64,000 nt of DNA. It comes from Patescibacteria group bacterium. GTDB lineage: Bacteria > Patescibacteriota > Patescibacteriia > Veblenbacterales > UBA10138. Position 1 is the first letter of the stretch; each line of letters begins with the position of its first letter. The position numbers and the translations under genes were made by a program. The notes beneath the pieces were generated by a model that was given only the letters and a program-made list of their open reading frames with translations, did no database searches and had not been told where the DNA came from. This document shows positions 59,956-64,000 of the stretch, one piece after another. The DNA is taken from contig JBAZQK010000002.1 in assembly GCA_041645215.1 (NCBI GenBank), positions 15,435 to 79,434 of the forward strand, in the 5' to 3' direction.

Positions 59956-60576
59956 TTATGGTTGAACACCTCGGTCAACTAGGATTGCCAAAGATACAAA
60001 CCTTCCAATTAAATCTTCATAGTCCTTAAAAAGGACTGGATAAAAACCAATTTCTTGTGAAAGACGGAGACTTTGTTCACTATCATCGATAAATATCAGT
60101 TCGCTTGGACTAACCCCAAGCTTTTTTATAAACAAATTAAATATTTCGGAACTCGGTTTTTGATAACCAACCTCCGCCGATATAACCACAACATCAAAAT
60201 GCTGGCCAAGTACGTCTTGGCGAATTTTTGACCAATTTTCTGGACTATTGTTACTTAAGAGGCCGGTCTTGTAGCCTAGCGTTCGCAAACGATCAACCAG
60301 TTCCACCATCTTGGGATCAATGTTAGTTTTTTGTTCAGAAGCAATATACTTTAAGACTTCTGCCGACTTTTTTTCTTTTTTCAGTTTTTCAAGTATAATT
60401 CCCCAAAACTTATCATAAGGAACTCCATCAACATTTACTAGACTGTTGTGGTGGAAATACACTTTTTTCAATTCGTCTAAAGGTACTCCAAGAATCTCAG
60501 CGATGCCCGCCATAAATCCAGGTGGTTGGTCGTCTATAACACCTCCGTAATCAAAACCGATCGCACGAATGTTCAT
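59956..60576 (-). CDS. HAD-family phosphatase (YihX-like)
   Basis: FDYGGVI, LSN, KP and FIDD motifs. Confidence 0.9.
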   Translation of the reverse strand: MNIRAIGFDYGGVIDDQPPGFMAGIAEILGVPLDELKKVYFHHNSLVNVDGVPYDKFWGIILEKLKKEKKSAEVLKYIASEQKTNIDPKMVELVDRLRTLGYKTGLLSNNSPENWSKIRQDVLGQHFDVVVISAEVGYQKPSSEIFNLFIKKLGVSPSELIFIDDSEQSLRLSQEIGFYPVLFKDYEDLIGRFVSLAILVDRGVQP

Positions 60577-60750
60577 AAAAAAGTATTAACGTATTCAGGT
60601 TTCTTAAGATAACAAGAATTGATGCCTATCCACTCGGGTTAGGTACCCCCATGCTACAGTGTGTTGAGAGGTTTTTCAAGCGTCGTCCAGGGGTTTAATT
60701 TTAGGTACGATGGTCAGGTGATTTTTTGAACGAATCAAAAAGTTTTGAGA

Positions 60751-61284
60751 TCAATTCTGCGAGAGCTGCGAAAGATTGAGGCCAAAGAAAATAAAAATTA
60801 TATAAATAATAATCAAAAGTAGTAGCCCACCAACTATAATAGCAAAGGTTTGATTATTAGTGAGCCTCTCTAAGTGGTTCATTGGAGGCCTTTTAACAGT
60901 ACTCGTTTCTTTTGCAATATTCATCCTCTTATATCTATTATAGATTTCATCAAATTTTGGTTGTACGACTTTCAAATTTAAATATTGAGTAGCTATGCCA
61001 CCATTTTTATAAAGAACAAAAATCTCATCAATACTATAATTAGGATCGTCTATTTGGGGTAACTTAGCTAGTACGCCGACACCTGTTTTTATTTCTATTG
61101 CTTTCATCCCTTCAATTTTATCCAAAACAGCCTTTTCTCCCTTATCAAAAACAAAAGCTTTATGATCTGAATTGTATTTTGATTCTTTCCAATTAATCTC
61201 TTGTGTATTATTAAATAAAAGCCCCTCCTTTATTTTTTGAAGGATTTCCCAAATTTTATTATCGAATTTTTCTTCAGGAGTCAT
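60751..61284 (-). CDS. Hypothetical protein with a C-terminal TM anchor
   Basis: 177-aa ORF with a hydrophobic tail. Confidence 0.65.
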   Translation of the reverse strand: MTPEEKFDNKIWEILQKIKEGLLFNNTQEINWKESKYNSDHKAFVFDKGEKAVLDKIEGMKAIEIKTGVGVLAKLPQIDDPNYSIDEIFVLYKNGGIATQYLNLKVVQPKFDEIYNRYKRMNIAKETSTVKRPPMNHLERLTNNQTFAIIVGGLLLLIIIYIIFIFFGLNLSQLSQN

Positions 61285-61326
61285 TTTATTTATATACCTC
61301 GGTCTCTCGATAACATATATTCAAAT

Positions 61327-61660
61327 CTGGGGGACATGGATTCTCCCTCGCTCCGACTCGGGCACCTGGGCGCTATGCACCATCCCGCCATAGCGGGACT
61401 CTCGCGCCCTTCGAATCCATTGTACTACCAATAGATATAAAAAAACAACAGACCAAGGCCTGATGCTTTTTTATGGCTGGGGGACATGGATCCCCGCCTA
61501 GCGGACGGGGTAAGTCAACTCATGATTACCGCGTCTCCCACACAAGGCTCGGGGGCTTGGATTCGAACCCCCGCAGTAGTCCCGCGGTGCGGGACACTAC
61601 GGGGCAAGCATGATTACCGCGTCCACCCCGCCACAGGCGGGGCAAGGCGCTCGCGTCCTA
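61327..61660 (-). pseudogene. Three degenerate 3' fragments of tRNA-Gln, interrupted by hairpins
   Basis: ATCCATGTCCCCCAG-like ends near 61327, 61477 and 61551; GACGCGGTAATCATG occurs twice. Confidence 0.8.
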
Positions 61661-61673
61661 TTCACCCCGCCAA

Positions 61674-62012
61674 TTATATCTGGCTTCTGTTAAAAACTGG
61701 GGGACATGGATTCGAACCATGATTACCGCGTCCAGAGCGCGGCGTCCTACCATTAGACGATCCCCCAGTTTTTAACAGAAACTTTTTAAAGGCGTTACCA
61801 CTATGCCAACTTTTAATTTGTTTTTCTCTTTGACGGGCATCTGTATAGCTTAAGTATTTTTCCGTATAAATCAAGTGCCATGGTCTAAATAATTTTGTCG
61901 ACGTAACTAAACCTTTATTATGTCTAGTTAAACGTAACTTGGGTTCTAACTTAGTTATTCCTATATAGTACCTACCAAAATTATTTCGTAGTATATATAA
62001 ATGACAAATCAT
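61674..62012 (-). CDS. GIY-YIG nuclease whose C-terminus is translated through a tRNA gene
   Basis: LYIL...YYIG, RLTRHN, RPWHLIYTE and ARQREKQIK motifs; tail GGSSNGRT...GSNPCPP. Confidence 0.9.
   Translation of the reverse strand: MICHLYILRNNFGRYYIGITKLEPKLRLTRHNKGLVTSTKLFRPWHLIYTEKYLSYTDARQREKQIKSWHSGNAFKKFLLKTGGSSNGRTPRSGRGNHGSNPCPPVFNRSQI
61697..61767 (-). tRNA. tRNA-Gln (CTG), CCA not directly encoded
   Basis: TGGGGGATCGTCTAATGGTAGGACGCCGCGCTCTGGACGCGGTAATCATGGTTCGAATCCATGTCCCCCAG. Confidence 0.93.
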
Positions 62013-62029
62013 ATAATTGGCGGGACAAG

Positions 62030-62063
62030 TTAGACCTGTCCCGCTAAGCGGGACGATCTCCCA
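62030..62063 (-). pseudogene. 5' fragment of tRNA-Gln with a hairpin insertion
   Basis: TGGGAGATCGTC[CCGCTTAGCGGGACAG]GTCTAA, with GTC duplicated. Confidence 0.75.
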
Positions 62064-62156
62064 ACACTACCAAAAATTTTAAAAAATGACGCCATAACTA
62101 AAATTAGTGCACCAAATCAATAACGACGCTTATTGTAAATGTTCGCCTATATAAAA

Positions 62157-63707
62157 TCAAACCTCCTCCACCACTCGCCCACCCAAAGTATTAACCACGC
62201 TCGACAATAAATCTCCGGTCGTGCCGCTAGCATTGCTACTAGCCTCCGGTACCACCGGCTCAATTATAAGCTGGGCGCCTAAAATTTCATTAACGACATT
62301 CTCAATCGTCAGTTTTATCTTTTTTTCTTTAACGCGCTCCTGGTGCAACTTATATTGAAACTGAACATAAAGCTTATTCTTTTCCAATTTTATCGGTTTG
62401 GCCACGCTTAAAATAAACGACAACGAGTGGTTGTATTCTTTAATTTTATTTACCACTGTGTCCCATTTGTCAATAATTTCTTGAACGCTCATCTTGCCGC
62501 TAATTTTAGAATCTGCCTCGGTGGCGGCAATTTTAATACCGGTCGCTGGCGGGGGCGGGGCCGCGGGAATTAATGGGGGCTTGAAAGGTACTTGAATTTC
62601 CGCCTCGTTCTTAGTTAGTTCGCACATTTTAATAACCGCTATTTCCAGCGGCAGCTGATAAACTTCGGCCTGGCGCCATTGGCCCTCTATTTCTAACCAG
62701 TCGCTTAACAAATTTTGCAGGCGCAAATAGCTTAATGGCGGCACTAAATTCATTAATTCATCGGCTATTTCATCCTCATATTCCACATTGGCTCCGGTAG
62801 CGGTTTTACCGCCGAGCTTTACCAGCAACAAATGGCGCAGCAATTCCAAAACCTGCTTATAAAAATAATTTATTTCGCCACCGGCGGATAAAAACTTGTT
62901 TATTAATTCAATGGCGGGGCCGGCTTTTTTATTGACAATGTCGGTTACAAATTCCAGCGCGATTTTGATATTGGAGTGAGGTAAAACTATCTGCGCCGCC
63001 TCGGCGGTAATTTTCTTAATACCCAAGCCCAACAGCTTGCCTAAATAACTTTCGGCGTCGCGGCTGGAACCGTTGGCCAAATAAGCCATATCGGTCAAAA
63101 CCGAGTCGGCAATCTCCACTTTTTCCTGACTGGCGATTTCGGCCAAACGTTTTTTTAACAGCGTTACCGATAACCGCTGAAAATCAAACCGCTGACAACG
63201 CGAGACGATGGTGGCGGGCAACTTGTGCGCTTCGGTGGTCGCCAAAATAAAAAAAACGTGAGCCGGCGGCTCCTCCAAAGTTTTTAATAGCGCGTTAAAA
63301 GCTTCGGTGGTAAGCATATGCGCCTCGTCAATAATCACTACCTTGTAGCGCGAGCGGGCCGTGCCATAAGGAACCTTGTCGCGAATTTCGCGAATATCAT
63401 CAATCCGGCGGTTAGAGGCGGCGTCCAGCTCAATTAAATCCAATGATCGGCCAGCCGTAATTTCAACACATGACAAACACTTATTGCAGGGCTCAAAATC
63501 ACCGTCTTGGCGATTTTCACAATTTATCGCCTTAGCGAGTAGCCTGGCCAAGGTGGTTTTACCCACCCCGCGCGTACCGCAAAACAAATAAGCGTGCGCT
63601 AATTTATTCAATTTAAGCTCATTTTCCAGGGTTTGCTTAATATGCTCTTGGCCCGCCACGGCTGCGAATGTTTGCGGACGATATTTACGATAAATAGTTT
63701 CGGTCAT
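62157..63707 (-). CDS. dnaX: DNA polymerase III subunit gamma/tau
   Basis: YRKYRP, GTRGVGKT, DAAS, DEAH and SRC motifs. Confidence 0.97.
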   Translation of the reverse strand: MTETIYRKYRPQTFAAVAGQEHIKQTLENELKLNKLAHAYLFCGTRGVGKTTLARLLAKAINCENRQDGDFEPCNKCLSCVEITAGRSLDLIELDAASNRRIDDIREIRDKVPYGTARSRYKVVIIDEAHMLTTEAFNALLKTLEEPPAHVFFILATTEAHKLPATIVSRCQRFDFQRLSVTLLKKRLAEIASQEKVEIADSVLTDMAYLANGSSRDAESYLGKLLGLGIKKITAEAAQIVLPHSNIKIALEFVTDIVNKKAGPAIELINKFLSAGGEINYFYKQVLELLRHLLLVKLGGKTATGANVEYEDEIADELMNLVPPLSYLRLQNLLSDWLEIEGQWRQAEVYQLPLEIAVIKMCELTKNEAEIQVPFKPPLIPAAPPPPATGIKIAATEADSKISGKMSVQEIIDKWDTVVNKIKEYNHSLSFILSVAKPIKLEKNKLYVQFQYKLHQERVKEKKIKLTIENVVNEILGAQLIIEPVVPEASSNASGTTGDLLSSVVNTLGGRVVEEV

Positions 63708-63870
63708 AACAAAAATATTGTAGCAACTTAACAGAGTTTAGCAAATAGCCAGCTAGCATGAAGCCGGTAATTTAAGGAGAATTTCAATGAAGCTCCCCCG
63801 CCCCCGCCAAGGCGGGGGCGGGGTATAAAGGCGAAATTCTCCTTTAGCCGCTACCTTCCTTACTTAGCTT

Positions 63871-64000
63871 TGAATTACGAAATACCTTTTTCGCGTCATT
63901 CTGAGGGAGTCGGCGACCGAAGAATCTCGGTATTTTGAGATCCTTCATTGCGTTCCGCTCCGCTACACTTCATTCAGGATGACAGAAAGGTCGCATTTCG
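63871..64000. repeat. GTCATTCTGAG...CAGGATGAC palindromic element inside a TGAATTACGAAAT-ended repeat (cut by the window edge)
   Basis: Left end matches 52054-52084; the window ends in ATTTCG, the start of the expected inverted end. Confidence 0.65.

Larger units (their letters stand above)
61665..62025 (-). mobile_element. GIY-YIG/tRNA-Gln element with 14-bp terminal inverted repeats
   Basis: CCCGCCAATTATAT (61666-61679) and ATATAATTGGCGGG (62011-62024) overlap the ORF stop and start. Confidence 0.8.

Noticed and set aside
61551-62063. Outer split tRNA as a functional intron-containing tRNA
   Set aside because: The reconstructed acceptor stem is mismatched, and no group I core or bulge-helix-bulge motif is visible; it is treated as a dead copy.

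Overview
This is a gene-dense, AT-rich bacterial chromosome segment. Its gene content (short ProRS, mreBCD-mrdA, alr-ddl-ftsQ, degenerate PriA, many Nudix/HAD genes, free-standing LAGLIDADG and GIY-YIG genes) suggests a Patescibacteria/CPR genome, which is an inference. Housekeeping blocks (proS-mreBCD-mrdA, greA-lysS, serS-alr-ddl-ftsQ, xer, gltX, priA-def-fmt, dnaX) alternate with accessory patches. The intergenic DNA is crowded with nested palindromic elements. The main discovery candidate is a small GIY-YIG nuclease element bounded by 14-bp inverted repeats (61665-62025). It sits in the D-loop of a broken tRNA-Gln gene and carries an intact replacement tRNA-Gln(CTG) inside its own reading frame. 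The tRNA-Gln(TTG) locus 60 kb away has the same architecture and a 23-bp identical remnant. Both intact tRNAs have 13-bp extensions of the acceptor helix. A related family of YCCCG...CGGGR fold-back elements occurs across the window, and one copy holds a GIY-YIG pseudogene. Other observations include a 165-bp MITE family with 5-bp target duplications, palindrome-flanked ArsR genes, attC-like cassettes, an island at the lysS 3' end, and a ThpR-RppH fusion. All calls were made by eye, with no database searches.
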